64,000 nucleotides of DNA from Camelus ferus (taxonomy: Eukaryota): assembly GCF_009834535.1 (NCBI RefSeq), contig NC_045713.1, forward strand, positions 14,074,001 to 14,138,000, in the 5' to 3' direction. Below are positions 1 to 11,560 of this stretch, one piece after another; the first letter of the stretch is position 1; each line of letters begins with the position of its first letter. Under the pieces are notes generated by a model. It made no database searches. It had not been told where the DNA came from and saw only the letters and a program-made list of their open reading frames with translations. The translations under genes and the position numbers were made by a program.

Positions 1-19
1 GACCACAGCTTCCTCTCAG

Positions 20-2165
20 GTGCTGAGCTACGGCCAGTTGTGTGCAGCTCTTGGAGTGAAACAGGAGAGCCCGGAACCTGCATCTTTCCTCAGCGCGGGG
101 GAAATTCACGCTTTCCTCAGCTCTCCCTCCGGAAGGAGAACCAAGCGGTTAGTAAGCCCCAGGTCCATAATGGCGAGATGCAGCGTTAGCTCCTCTGTGC
201 TGGGCCTGGGTTCCCTGGTGACCCCGCAGCCATCTGAGGGGCTCCCTTTACACGGGGCTCCTTAAGCACAGCATGGAGAAGAGCAGATGCTGAGAAAACT
301 GAAGCCAGGGTTGACCTCAGGCCCGTGGACCTAATCCCCTGTCTGCAATCCCATCTGCCTTCTCCAGCCTGGCTCTCCTGCCTTAACCTGATTCCCTTTG
401 AGGGAAGACAGTCTTGAGCCCAGACTGGGCCCACTCAAGCTCTGGCCCTGCCGCATGCCAGGCACGAGCCGCCCTGGGCCCTTCTGCCCACCATGCTGCC
501 GTCACTCCAGCGGTACCCTGACTAAGGTCCTCAGTACTTTCTTGTTCCCCTCGTCTCCCGTATGTATCCCATTTAACCTGTCTGTCCTCTCATTGTCCTG
601 GATCTACTGCCTGGAATAACATCCCCGCCCCACCTGAAGAACTCCCATTGATCCTACAAAGTCCAGATGAGCAGGACCCTCACTGTACTCCTGGACCTGC
701 CTCTGCCAATCTGTGCCATGAGCTTCTGAGGGCCATGACACCCTTGCTCACAACACGTGGGGGCAGGGTGGGCAGGTGCCAGGAGTCAGACTGGGCCTCC
801 CAACACGGCTGCCTATGACAGGTTCCTGGCTCTCCCCCCCTACAGGAAACGGGAGAACAGCCTCCAGGAGGACAGGGGCAGCTTTGTCACCACTCCTACT
901 GCAGAGCTGTCGAGCCAGGAGGAGACGCTGCTGGGCAGTTTCCTGGACTGGAGCCTGGACTACTGCTCTGGCTACGAGGGCGACCAGGAGAGTGAGGGCG
1001 AGAAGGAAGGCGATGGTGAGTGCTGGGGATGGAGAGCCACCAGGGGTCGTGCCAGGGGACAGCTTGTGCAGAGGGGCCCCCTCCCCCCTGCCTTACCTGC
1101 AGGAGAATATGTCCAGGCAGAGCCCCTAGAACACCACCCTTAGGGAGGAGGGGACGTAGGCCCAACCTCTCTCCATCTCTCACTGGAGCTGTGTTGATGG
1201 AAGGACCTCACCAGGGCAGGGAAGAGGAAGAGATCCTGACTGGAGTTCATAAGATCTTTGTAGAACATTGTACAAGATGTGCTTTGCCACTACCCTGTTG
1301 GGCTCTGTGCCTCGTGTACCCTCCAGGGCAGCTGCGGGAGGCTCTATCCCCATGTTCTTAGTCAGCCATCTGCACAGGAAGCCCAGTTCAAGCAGTTTCT
1401 GATGATTTTCCAATTCCTTTTGTGTCCACTTGGGATTAAGTAAATGATTAGATGGCCAGTTGTCACTTCCTCCTGTCCCCCAAGTCACATGGGGTGATAC
1501 CCCAAGCATGAAGGAGGCCCTTCCCCCTCAATTTCTTACCCAAAAGAAAGGGGACTGTCCAGCGAAGTTCAAGATATGTGACCATGAGTTGGACCCTGGG
1601 CTGCCCTGGATCCTGACCGGGGCGGCAGGGGGGTCCACCCTGATGCTCAGGCTCTGACCTGACGACCTCTCCCCCAACGCCTCCCACAGTAACGGCTCCC
1701 AGCGGTGTCCTCGATGTCACCGTGGTCTACCTGAACCCAGAACAGCACTGCTGCCAGGAATCAAGCGATGAGGAGGCCTGCCCAGAGGAGGAGGGGTGCC
1801 AGGACCTGCACACGTTGGCACCAGGCACCCAGACACCTCAGACCCCAGGGCTTGAGCCCCCTCTCAGCAGCAGGAGGGGGCCAGGCAAGGACATCACAAC
1901 CTCAGGGTACTCCTCTGTCAGCAGCGCAAGTCCCACAAACTCCATGGATGTCTTGGGGGACCCTCCCCGATCTACCTCAGTGCTGTCCCCCGGCAGCAAC
2001 TTGAACACACAGCCTTGCCACCATCACGCCAGGAAGTCATGTTTACAGTGTCGTTCCCCGAGCCCCCCGGAGAGCAGTGTTCCCCAACAGCAGGTGAAGA
2101 GGAAAAACCTATCCACCCACAGTGAGGAGGAGGAGGACATGAACTTAGGCTTTTTGAACCTGTGA
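20..2165 (+). CDS. CCNF: Cyclin F, 3' partial CDS: join(20..147,846..1015,1690..2165)
   Basis: The spliced translation VLSYGQLCAALGV...SPSGRRTKR|KRENSLQEDRGSFVTTPTAELSSQEETLLGSFLDWSLD...EGD|VTAPSGVLDVTVVYLNPEQHCCQESSDEE...HSEEEEDMNLGFLNL* matches the recalled cyclin F C-terminal PEST region. All introns are GT-AG with consistent phases. Stop TGA at 2163-2165. Confidence 0.97.
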
Positions 2166-3496
2166 GTGTGTCAGAGCACTTGCTGCAGTGAATGTTTGCT
2201 GAGGGAGGGCTGCTGTTGCACTAGCGAGGGGAGGGGACACTGGAGATGGATCCCTGTAGACCTCCTGGTAGCCATCGCATGGGGATCAGAGAGAACTTGG
2301 GGCGGTAAGTTTCTTTCTCCAGGGAAGCCCACTGGGAGCCATCAAGATGTCTAAATCACAACAAAAACTCAGATCCTTCTCTTTGGAAAGTTTAGCCTCA
2401 AAGCAATCATACCACACTGCGTGACACCTATTTCTCTGTCTCCTCCTATGTCTGTCCTACTTTCCCTGGAAAGCTTAAGCGTACATCCTGATCTTCTCAG
2501 CCCCACTGAGCCTCACTCCAGTAGGCGACAGCTTTCACAGTTGAGAACATGTGTGACCCAGGTATCCTGGCACAGCTTCCCCCTCCCTGCATCTGTCTGA
2601 TTTGCTGTCCAGGGGGAGCCAGCAGCTCTGAGCCCACCACCATCCCTGCATTGTTGGACTGTGTGTGACTACCAGGAGCAGGGGCCCTGACTTTTGCTGG
2701 CCAGGGCCTTGATGTCTTGGTCACAGGCTCCCTCCTCATATTCTCAGCTCATTTTAGAAATCTGTCCCTTCTCCTGTGATGATTTGTCTGTGTCCCCAAC
2801 AGATAGTGTCTGTATGAACATCTCTCTTTGCACTGAATTTCTGGGTCATTTCTCTTCCTGTCTTTATTTCCATTCTTCATTCCTCTAAGCAAAAAGAAAA
2901 TTAAAAATAGAAAGTATTAATTTAAAAAAAACCCTCAACATTATTTAGGCTTAACTAAAAAGAAAATTTGATCCAAACCCCTCAGTGACACTTTTTATGC
3001 AAAAAGAATTTTCCCAGAGAGGCTAGCCAGAAAAAAATTACATCAATTTTAATACCTGAAGTGATCAAGATGCAGAAGGAGATTCAGAGGACCTGCCCCT
3101 GCTTGCCAGGTGAGGGTGTATCTGCTGTGGGTTCCCCAGAATAATGACAGCAGAGACCTGACGAAGACTGACCCTGGCCTCTCCCCAGTTGGGTTGACCA
3201 CTGACAAGCTCACGCTGCTGATAGCTTTTGTTTCCTCTCAAACATCAGAAAGAAGCACTTGGCCAGGAGTGTCCCCCAAATGCTCTTGAACCAAAACTAC
3301 AGGGACATGGAGATGCTGATTCAGTGAGGCTTTTCTGGGTGCGTGCGTGTGTGAGTTGTGTGTTGATGTCCCTGCGGGAGCTATCTTTTTGCTACTGTTA
3401 TAGAATTCTCACCACCTGGGGTTGGGTGTGGTTGAGTAAGGGAACCTCAGCATTGGGATTGCAGACCTCCCCTATTGACTGTGTGCCCCTGGGCAT

Positions 3497-3580
3497 GTGT
3501 GAGTTTCAGTTTCCTCATCTGTAAGATGGGGCAATAATACCTACCTCACAGGGGTGTTGTGAGGATTAAATGTGATGAGA
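3497..3580 (+). mobile_element. MIR SINE fragment
   Basis: CAGTTTCCTCATCTGTAAGATGGGGCAATAATACCTACCTCACAGGG...GTGAGGATTAAATG is the MIR core. Confidence 0.8.
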
Positions 3581-4699
3581 GTAGCAGCTGAGTGATGTGC
3601 ATATTTGAACTGCCTTGTCCCCTTGTCCATGGCCACTTTTCAAAATCCAAAAGTTCTCTGCCTTCTCCCAGCCTGCACCTGTAGGAGGAAGCCACTCCAA
3701 TGGGACCTAATAGCACCTGGCTGTAGTGTGGGGTCTCCCTGTGTCTTAAGTGCTGGCTGAAGCCTTTTCCCCCTCCCCTCCTACCTCACAGAGAATCATT
3801 TTAGGCAGTAATGCTGTCAGCCTGCCACAACTAGGCAAGAAAACAGCTGATGGAGGGACCCACCCTAAGAACAGTCCCAGGGCTGCCTGGGTCCCAACCC
3901 ATCCCCTCTTCTCTGCCTGGCACCCTTGGCTCCCCTCCTTCATGTCTGTCCTCCATGCTGCAGCACCTTCCCATTAGCAACTGTGAAATGGACACCTCTC
4001 CACACACAACCCCCGCCCCGTTTGTCATCCCTCCTGCTATCCCCTGAGATTTCTTGGCCCCTGTTGCCTTTATTATTTTGGGCCCTGCTACCTGCATCAC
4101 TCCTCCCAGCTAGCAACTGTCCCCAAAATCCCCCTCCCCAGGTGTCTCCTGAGTCACTGAAGGCCCCATTCTCCCATCAAGTGGACACTTCCTCCTGGGA
4201 TAGCCTCCTGTTGTTTCTATGACACCAGGCTCTGCCGTCCCTCCACCTGTCTGGGCTCCAGCTCCCCCTCACCTGTCCCTGTCCACGCACACCTGCCGCA
4301 CCTTGGACCATCTTGTCCAGGCCCATTGCTCATGTGCCACACCCTTGTCTGCCGGACATCATCCCCCTCTGCCTAGGTGACTACTAATGGCTCATCACCT
4401 CACTAGCATGTCCAAAAGTGAACACTCCCTTGTCCCTGCTTCCAACACACGTTATCCTCACCTCTAGCGACGGTTCCTGCAGTAAATATCTATTGGGCTC
4501 CTCCCGTGCCTTGCCCTGTGCTAGGAGGCCCGGGGTCAGCAAGGCAGCTGGGCCCTGCTTTTGATTGCCTTCAATACAAAGACGAAGCCAGCCGTTAAGC
4601 GACTACAGGTGCCACCATCTACCCAGTTATCTAAACCAGAAGCCTCCTCGCAATCCGAGGTTCTCACCTGAGTTCCCTTCACTGCCCCGGGTCTGGGCT

Positions 4700-5160
4700 C
4701 ACTTTCACAACCGCCGGGGGAGGGGCGGGGTTTGCCACTGGACCGTCGTCGGAGAGGGCGGGCCTTGAGCTCGCGGCTCGGGATTGGGTAGCGCGGGCGG
4801 AAGGAGGCGATCTTCTAGCCGGAAGAGGAGGGATTCTCCGGCGGCGGCAAATAGCGAAGAGTTGCAACAGTCTTCATGCTGCCCGCGGACTGCTCGCGCC
4901 GGTGAGGCCCGCGCCGCAGGAGGGAGCGGGGGCGGGGCGGGAGGGCGCGCGGCCCGAGGCCCGTCGGGTGCTGAGCTGCGGGTGCGTCCCTCCCAGGCTG
5001 GTGGCCGAGCTGCGGGATGCCCTGGATTCCTGCGCCCAGCGACAGCGGCAGCTGGAACGGAGCCTGCGAGTCTCCCGGCGACTCCTTAGAGCCTGGTATG
5101 CGGACCCCGAAACCACACGACTAGGCCTCTCTAGGACCGTCAGAACCCAAATTAGAGCCC
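4700..5160. promoter_or_regulatory. TEDC2 CpG-island promoter with GC boxes, reverse CCAAT (ATTGG near 4783), ETS (CGGAAG) and an E2F-like site (GCGGCAAA 4844-4851)
   Basis: CpG-dense sequence around the ATG at 4876. Motifs read directly from the sequence. Island boundaries are approximate. Confidence 0.7.
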
Positions 5161-8100
5161 CTGGGCCGGGAGGCCGAGCCCAACGCTCACTTCCGAGTTG
5201 CCGGTTGTCAGTGTTCACCCGGCTTTCCCCTGCAGGCCCGGGGACTGCTCCTAGACTAGGCGTCGTGGTTGGGGGGTGGTGTTGGGCCTGGGCCCTGCCT
5301 CCTGACCGTGCCACCACGGCTGCCCTGTGTCTTCACAGGGAACCAGCCGAGACCCCAGTTCCGGAGCCAACCCCAGGGCCAGAAACTGATGAAAAGGTTC
5401 CGTCTTCAGGTAAACCTCAGCCACCCACCTTCTGCAGGTGCCACCCCTGGTCTGTCTTTTGGAGTGCAGTGGTGAGGGACCCTTTGCGGGAAACAGTGGT
5501 GAGGGACCGCTACATGACTTTTAGCTTTCACAGCATGCTCACCCAGTCCCCAAGACCTCAAAGAGCTGGAGCTTCTGACCCAGGTGCTGGAGAAGGCTGT
5601 ACGGGTGCGAAAAGGCATCTCAAAAGCTGGAGGAGACAAGGACCCCAGTGTGAAGTCTGAGTCCCTTGCCGCTTCCCCTGCCACCAGAGCCTCCACCCGA
5701 CTCCGGGCCTCAGGCTGGACTGGCAGCCATGCATCAGAAACAAAACACCCCAGGGGCATCCGTCAAACCAGGGTGCCTGCCAAGGACCTCTCTGAGCGCA
5801 GGCTTGTCTCAGTGGAGGATCCAACCTGCATGGGGCGAGGGGCCCGAGCTGCCAAGGTGGAACCAAGACACAGGAGCCAACAAATAGTCCCACTGGCTGC
5901 TCCTCAGGCCCGAGAAGTTTTTACACTCAAGGATAAGGGGTAGGTCTCCCATACCCTCACTGGGGGAATCGCTGTCTCTACCTGATCAGATCCTGGGCAG
6001 CAGTAAGAGTCTGGGTTTGGGGTGATGGGGGGGGAAGGGCATTGAGCTGGAGGTGGGCCAGGAGAACCCCACGATGCCACCCCATGAGGCCCATGACCTG
6101 AAACTGGCAGAATGGAACGGTAGGCTGTGGAGGTGCCACGTGGGATGTGCTGGAGCCTGTCCTGCTCTCCTCTGTGGCTGCCCAGTGCCCTGTCCTCTTA
6201 TCCACCCAGCCCGGGGGTTGCACATGGGCTCTAGAAGGCCTGGGCTCTGCTTTCTCTTCCCTCTGCCAGGCCAGACCTGGAGTGGACTGGCTCCCGTGGT
6301 CACTCTGGAAGCCCTGTCTGAGGGGGTGGGTGAGCCTCAAACCTGATGGGGCTGAGTGGGGCCTGCAATCCCCAGAATGAGGCAAGGCTGCTCTGAGCAC
6401 CGGCTTCCCCGACAGGATCCTGCTGCAGCTGCCCATGGCCTTCAGGAAAGCAGCTTCCCAGAACTCCCGGTGAGGCTGAGCTTGGGGCTAGGTGGGAGTG
6501 GAGGGGAGACCAGGGGAGTGTGGAAAGCAGGGAGGCTGAGGCTTGTAAGACTTTTCAAGCAGGTTCTTCTGCTTTATTTGCTAGGTGGCGACACTATCTT
6601 AAGAGAGTCAGCCTACTTAGGACTGCTATAGTCATCTTAGACTCAGTGGGCCCAGCTCAGCCTCTCTCAACCTGTGGGACCTTGAGCAAGGCACTTAGTG
6701 TTTCTGAGTCCCAATTTGTCTTCCTTGTAGAGGTGACAGTAGTAGTACGAGCTTTATAGAGGTGTTGTAAGGGTTAAATGAGGTGGTGCCTGCAAGTGTT
6801 TGTGTTGTGCCAGGTTCAGAGCCAGCACCCATAGCCCTTATCATACATCCTGGTTACAGTCACTGCTGGCCTCTCTCCCCTTCCTTGAATTCTGTCCTAG
6901 TACTTCCCAGAATGGGGCAGCTCTGTCCCCTTTTCATGGATGGTGTCTCCTTGGTTCCCTGGGGCCCCTACCCTGGCCCTTGCCTACTTCTCATGGCCCA
7001 GCCCAGCTGGTTCAAATAACCACAATGCTCTTTGGTTCCCTCACTGCCATGTGTGCATCCCAGCCTGTGGGCCCAGCTCAGCTCTACACATACCAGTGAT
7101 TCTGGGGATGCTGCTACCACTGCTAAAAACCATTTCCTCCAGAAAATGCAGACAACCGTATCCTTGCTGGGCTTGCAGGAGCCTGCGATGAGAGTGGGTG
7201 GAGGGTTGGGAGGGAGCAGAGGTTCTGGCTCTAAACCTGGTGAGTTTGAGGAGCAACTCTAGGACCTGATCCTTGGGGGAAAGGGCTGGGAGGGGCCTGG
7301 CCACGGGGGAATTTCCCTGACCAATGTCCAGTCAGGCTGGCCCAGCTCTAGGCTCAGTCCCGCAGAGGTGGAGGCGGAGGTAGGGCGCCTGCGGAAGGCC
7401 TGCTCGCTTCTAAGACTTCGAATGGGGAAGGAACTCACTGCAGGTTAGTGGACCCTGATTTGGGTTTCTGGTGGAAGTGAGGAGGGCTGGGCTCAGGGAG
7501 AGCTTCAGGACCAGCACGGACCTGGCCTGCCCTCCCTGACTCATGTAGACCCCAAGGACTGGATGCAGGAGTACCGCTGCCTGCTTACCCTGGAGGGGCT
7601 GCAGGCCCTGGTGGGGCAGTGTCTCCACAGGCTGCAGGAGCTGCGTACAGGTGAGACTCCATCCCCACCTCCACCTGTGCTGAAATCTGGTGGGGGGGTC
7701 AGAGTCCTCTAGCCACAAGGAAGTGTTGGGACTTTAACAGCAGCCCAGGAGCAGAGGCAGGCAGGCCCTTCCCCATGTCACCCCACTGCATCCTAAGTTC
7801 TCACTGGTTGTCCTGTGGAGCTGGCCAAGACAGCTCCCCCGCTCCATTCCCTCTCCCAACACACTAAGAACTTGCTTATTTAGCCAGTTAGGCTTGTGAG
7901 ACTTAGGTGCTAGCAGATACCTGGTATTGCACAATAGTTATTTATGGACAATAGGGCTTCATCCAGGAGGCAAAGGGAAACTTTGCATCCCATAAAAGGT
8001 GAGTGGGGAGGAGGCGCCTAGCCACTGCCCCATGAGGCCTTAGCCCTCTGTCCTTACAGCAGTGGTGGAACAGCAGCTGGGGCCATGGCCTGAGGGGAGA

Positions 8101-8712
8101 CTCCCTAGGGCCTCATCACCCTGTGGAGGAGGAGCAGACACTATCCGGAGCCCCCCATTGCTTCTCTACTCCAGTACCCAGGAGCTGCAGACCCTGGCAG
8201 CCCTTAGGCTGCGGGTGGCCATGCTGAACCAGCAGATTCACCTGGAAAAGGTACTTCCAGCGTGGGGAGTAGGTGACTTTGTTAGGGGTGCCCTGGTGAG
8301 GACTCCAGGTCTGCAGCCTCGTGAGGACTTGGCCTCGAGAGTCTATCTGTGCTTCTCCCCTCAAGACCCACCAGGGAAGGATGGGAGCCTCTGAGCCCGT
8401 GCACGTGCTGAGGGTGCTGGTGCTCTGGGAGGAGGGAAGGGCTGGAGCCTGGTGTGTCGAAGCCTGCTTTAGAATTGCCCCACTCCTCAGGCCTGCCTGT
8501 GGGGGCCCTGAGCTAGTTGAGACAGGGCCCTCCTGAGACCTTGGCCCTGTACCACCCTGCAGGTCCTGATGGCTGAACTCCTCCCCCTGGTGAGGGAACA
8601 GGAGCCCCTGGGGCCGCCCTGGCTGGCACTGTGCCGGGCTGTGCACAGCCTGCTCTGCGAGGGGGGTGAGCGCTTCCTCACCATCCTCCGAGAAGATGAG
8701 CCTGCCGACTGA
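4876..8712 (+). CDS. TEDC2: Tubulin epsilon and delta complex protein 2 (C16orf59), 434 aa: join(4876..4901,4997..5095,5339..5409,5534..5939,6416..6469,7064..7157,7332..7443,7549..7650,8060..8250,8563..8712)
   Basis: The spliced translation MLPADCSRRLVAELRDALDSCAQRQRQLERSL...ACSPSPQDLKELELLTQVLEKAVRVRKG...DWMQEYRCLLTLEGLQ...SSTQELQTLAALRLRV...VLMAELLPLV...LCRAVHSLLCEGG matches recalled human TEDC2. Exons total 1305 nt (435 codons), all GT-AG. The position between CCNF and NTN3 is as in human. Confidence 0.95.
6640..6810 (+). mobile_element. MIR SINE fragment (TEDC2 intron 5)
   Basis: GACCTTGAGCAAGGCACTTAG...TTGTAAGGGTTAAATGAG. Boundaries approximate. Confidence 0.65.
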
Positions 8713-9114
8713 GCCCTTCCCATGGCCAGGCGGCCAGGCCCGTCCCTCAGCTCCCAGAGCCCTGCAGCAAAGGCAAGCTGATTCTGCCCCCGACCCTGTC
8801 TGTCGGGGAGAGCCCCTCTTCCCTAGTCAGAGTTAAGTGAATGGGGATTAAGGGGGTTTTCACTAGTGTAGTGAGCCAGGGGCCCAGAGGTGTCCGTGCC
8901 CCCTTGGAAAAGCAGGCTTCTGAGGGTGCAGGGACTACGGCCTGGCTCTCCCTGAGGGGCACAGGGCCTTTGTCACAGCTGCTAAACCTGCTGGTCAGGG
9001 CTCGGCTGGGCTCGGCTCGGCCTTCCACAGGCTCAGGAGAACAGAGGCTCGTGCGGGCTTTTCTTAGCTACCTCTGTTTTCTCTTGCTTTGCACTTAAAA
9101 GCCACTTGTGTGAC

Positions 9115-9120
9115 ATTAAA
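9115..9120 (+). terminator. Probable TEDC2 polyadenylation signal (ATTAAA)
   Basis: ATTAAA about 400 nt after the stop codon, followed by a GT/T-rich downstream element (9170-9212). Confidence 0.55.
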
Positions 9121-9609
9121 ACTACATTAGGAAGTATATATATATTTAAATCATACCAAGGTTGGACTTGGTGTGTGTTTGTTTTCTTTTTTTTTCTTTT
9201 TTTTTTTTTTTACTTACCGAGAATTTATGAAGTGTATTTACCAAGAACAGGCATATTCTTTCTGTAGTGAAAGGAGTGGGCAAGGCCACTCAAGGTGGGC
9301 CGCACTGGGGACTCACCTCATGCACTGGCCCTGGCACACCTGAAACCCCTCCCCACAAGTGCCTAGATTTGTACTGGGCACAAAAAAGCCACAAGCCTCT
9401 ATCATAGTGGGCAGCCATCTCTCCTGGTGCCCGTGCCCACTACCACCTCCTGTGCTGTGCCCGTTGCTAGTGGCTGGTGTGGGCCTTCCACACTGAGCCA
9501 CCTCCAGGGAAAGGGCCCATCACCTCCTTTGCTCCATTATTACCTCTGAGGCTCCCACCTACCCTGCTGAAGGAATCATTGTTTCCTGGAAGGCAAGAAA
9601 GTGTAGAGG

Positions 9610-9770
9610 TCAAAGTCAGATCGTGGGTTGACATTATAACTTGTCTGCTGCTGTGGGACTTTCAGCAAAATTCTCAATGATTTTGAGCCTCAGTCCCCAT
9701 TGTCATACTGGGACAGTGGTTATTACCACTGGGGCTGGGGTGAAGATGAATCAAGATGATGTTAGATGCT
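9610..9770 (+). mobile_element. Degenerate MIR fragment
   Basis: GGGACTTTCAGCAAAA...TGAGCCTCAGTCCCC...GTGAAGATGAATCAAGATGATG. Boundaries approximate. Confidence 0.5.
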
Positions 9771-10689
9771 TCACAGCTCTGGGCCTTGATGGGGGCTGGG
9801 AGGCACTGGTGTCACTAACATGAATCTTTACTGAGCACCCGTGTGGGCCAAGCACAACCCGCAGAGCTGGCGCACTAGCTCTTTGTGTGAACATTGATGT
9901 GCAAGACCAAGTAACACCCGCTTCCTCCCTGAGAGACTCAGGCCCTGGAGGCAGCTCATTCCCGAGAAGGCCCAGTCTTATGAGAGCCTGATGAAGTGTT
10001 CGAGATATGGGGGGATGAACTGGGTGATGCTGAAGTAGCCTTGGGGTGGCCCCATCCTGCAGGAGGCCCTGCTTGTAAAAGTCAGCAGGCCAGAAACCTT
10101 GGACATGGAGTCCTAGGTCTTTTGGGCTGCTGGGGACCAGATGACAGACCAAAGTAGGAAACAAAAAACCAGGGCATTCATTGCACTGAGGGGCTTCTGG
10201 GGAGTGGAACTCCAGGGTAGGGGAAGCAAGAGAGGGAGGTTACCTGGTGGACAAGCACCTCTTTCTGGCCACTCCATTGCTGCCTCCAGAGCTTATGCTC
10301 AGCTGCGGGGATCTGGAGGAACCCTTGATCTCCAGGGCAAATCCCACCACCACCGTGTTACTAGCCACCCCAGAATCAGTTTCCACAGCAGGTGGTCTCC
10401 ATGACAGTCATTTCCTCCACTAATTCACTTGGTTTATTTTGCATCTTCCCTATTGGGCAGGGATGCTGTCCACCTCCATCCCTAGCTAGGCCCAGCTGGG
10501 TGCCCAGAAATTGTTGACTCAATGACCCACCCATCTGAGGCCAGTCCTGGGCACTGGTGGTGTCCTGCGGTCTGCTGTGAGCACCTGGGCCTTCAAGGGC
10601 AGGGAGGTGCTGCGGATAGCACGAGGGGAGAGGTCTGAGGAGGCCTCAGCACAGGGCACCCAGGGCAGGAAAGGGAGACCCTCACCTCT

Positions 10690-11560
10690 GAATTAGCGCC
10701 CGCCCACGCGATGCCAGGAGACAGCGGCGAACTCCTCCCACTGGCGTCACCGCATACCTTCCAATCCACTCTGACGTGGCGGGCAAGCTGGGGCTGCAGG
10801 GGCGCCCACACCCACCCCGAGCGCAGCCCCAGCGTCGGAGGCATGAGCTCGCACGAGCCCCCACCCGCGGCCCCTGCCGAGCCCCCGCGGGTCCTACGCG
10901 CGCTGCTCTTGGCCACCGGCGGCGCGGGGGGCTCGTGGCCGCGTTGCGTCCTGCCGTTCGGCGCCGTGGCTCTCCTTGCTGGCGCCTCCGCCACGGCCAT
11001 CACCTTCTCGCTGCGCGGACCCCGCCTGGACCTGGCCCAGAGCGCGTCGCTTGCCGCACTCGGCGCGGGCCTCGGGCTCCTGGCCGCCGCCTTCCTATGC
11101 TGGCGCGCTCGGCGGCGGCGGAGGGCCATGCGCGGGGGGCGGCGGGAGCCGGGGACGCCCTGAGCCCGCGCGCCAATCCCTCTGCCCTGCGAGGTCACGG
11201 CGAGCCGGCGCCTCCTCCCTTCGGACCTCGTCCAAGCCGGCTGGCGCAGTGCGGCTCGCGGGTCCTGGAAACCTCCCCAGACCCTGTCCCCAAACTGTAT
11301 CGTTCTGAACCGTTAGGAGGCCTGACCTTTAAGGGGGCTACAAGTCATTTTCCTCCCCTCCCCAGACTCGGCTCTCCCCTTCTCGCGCCCCTCCTCCACA
11401 CAGTGTTGCTTTTCGGCGTTTCGCTTGGCGCGCAGAGCGGGGCTGGCGGCAGTATGCGCGGCACAGGGGCCCTGCCGGGTGTGCAGGGTGCGGGGCGGCA
11501 GCTGGCCGAGGACTTGACTTGGCCACCTTCCTCGGGACGAGGCGCCCTTCCCGAGCTGTG
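10690..11560. promoter_or_regulatory. CpG island covering the TMEM100-like ORF
   Basis: Abrupt rise in CG dinucleotide density relative to the CpG-poor flanks (9200-10650 and 11600-14000). Boundaries approximate. Confidence 0.7.
10843..11163 (+). CDS. TMEM100/PIRT-family two-transmembrane protein (TMEM100-like), 106 aa; an in-frame upstream ATG at 10711 would give 150 aa
   Basis: The ORF segment LATGGAGGSWPRCVLPFGAVALLAGASATAITFSL...LAALGAGLGLLAAAFLCWRARRRRR aligns by hand with recalled TMEM100 (AATGGTELSCYRCIIPFAVVVFIAGIVVTAVAYSF...LVVLSSGLFLLASSALCWKVRQR). It has two hydrophobic helices and a basic tail, no stops or frameshifts, and lies in its own CpG island. Confidence 0.78.
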   Translation: MSSHEPPPAAPAEPPRVLRALLLATGGAGGSWPRCVLPFGAVALLAGASATAITFSLRGPRLDLAQSASLAALGAGLGLLAAAFLCWRARRRRRAMRGGRREPGTP

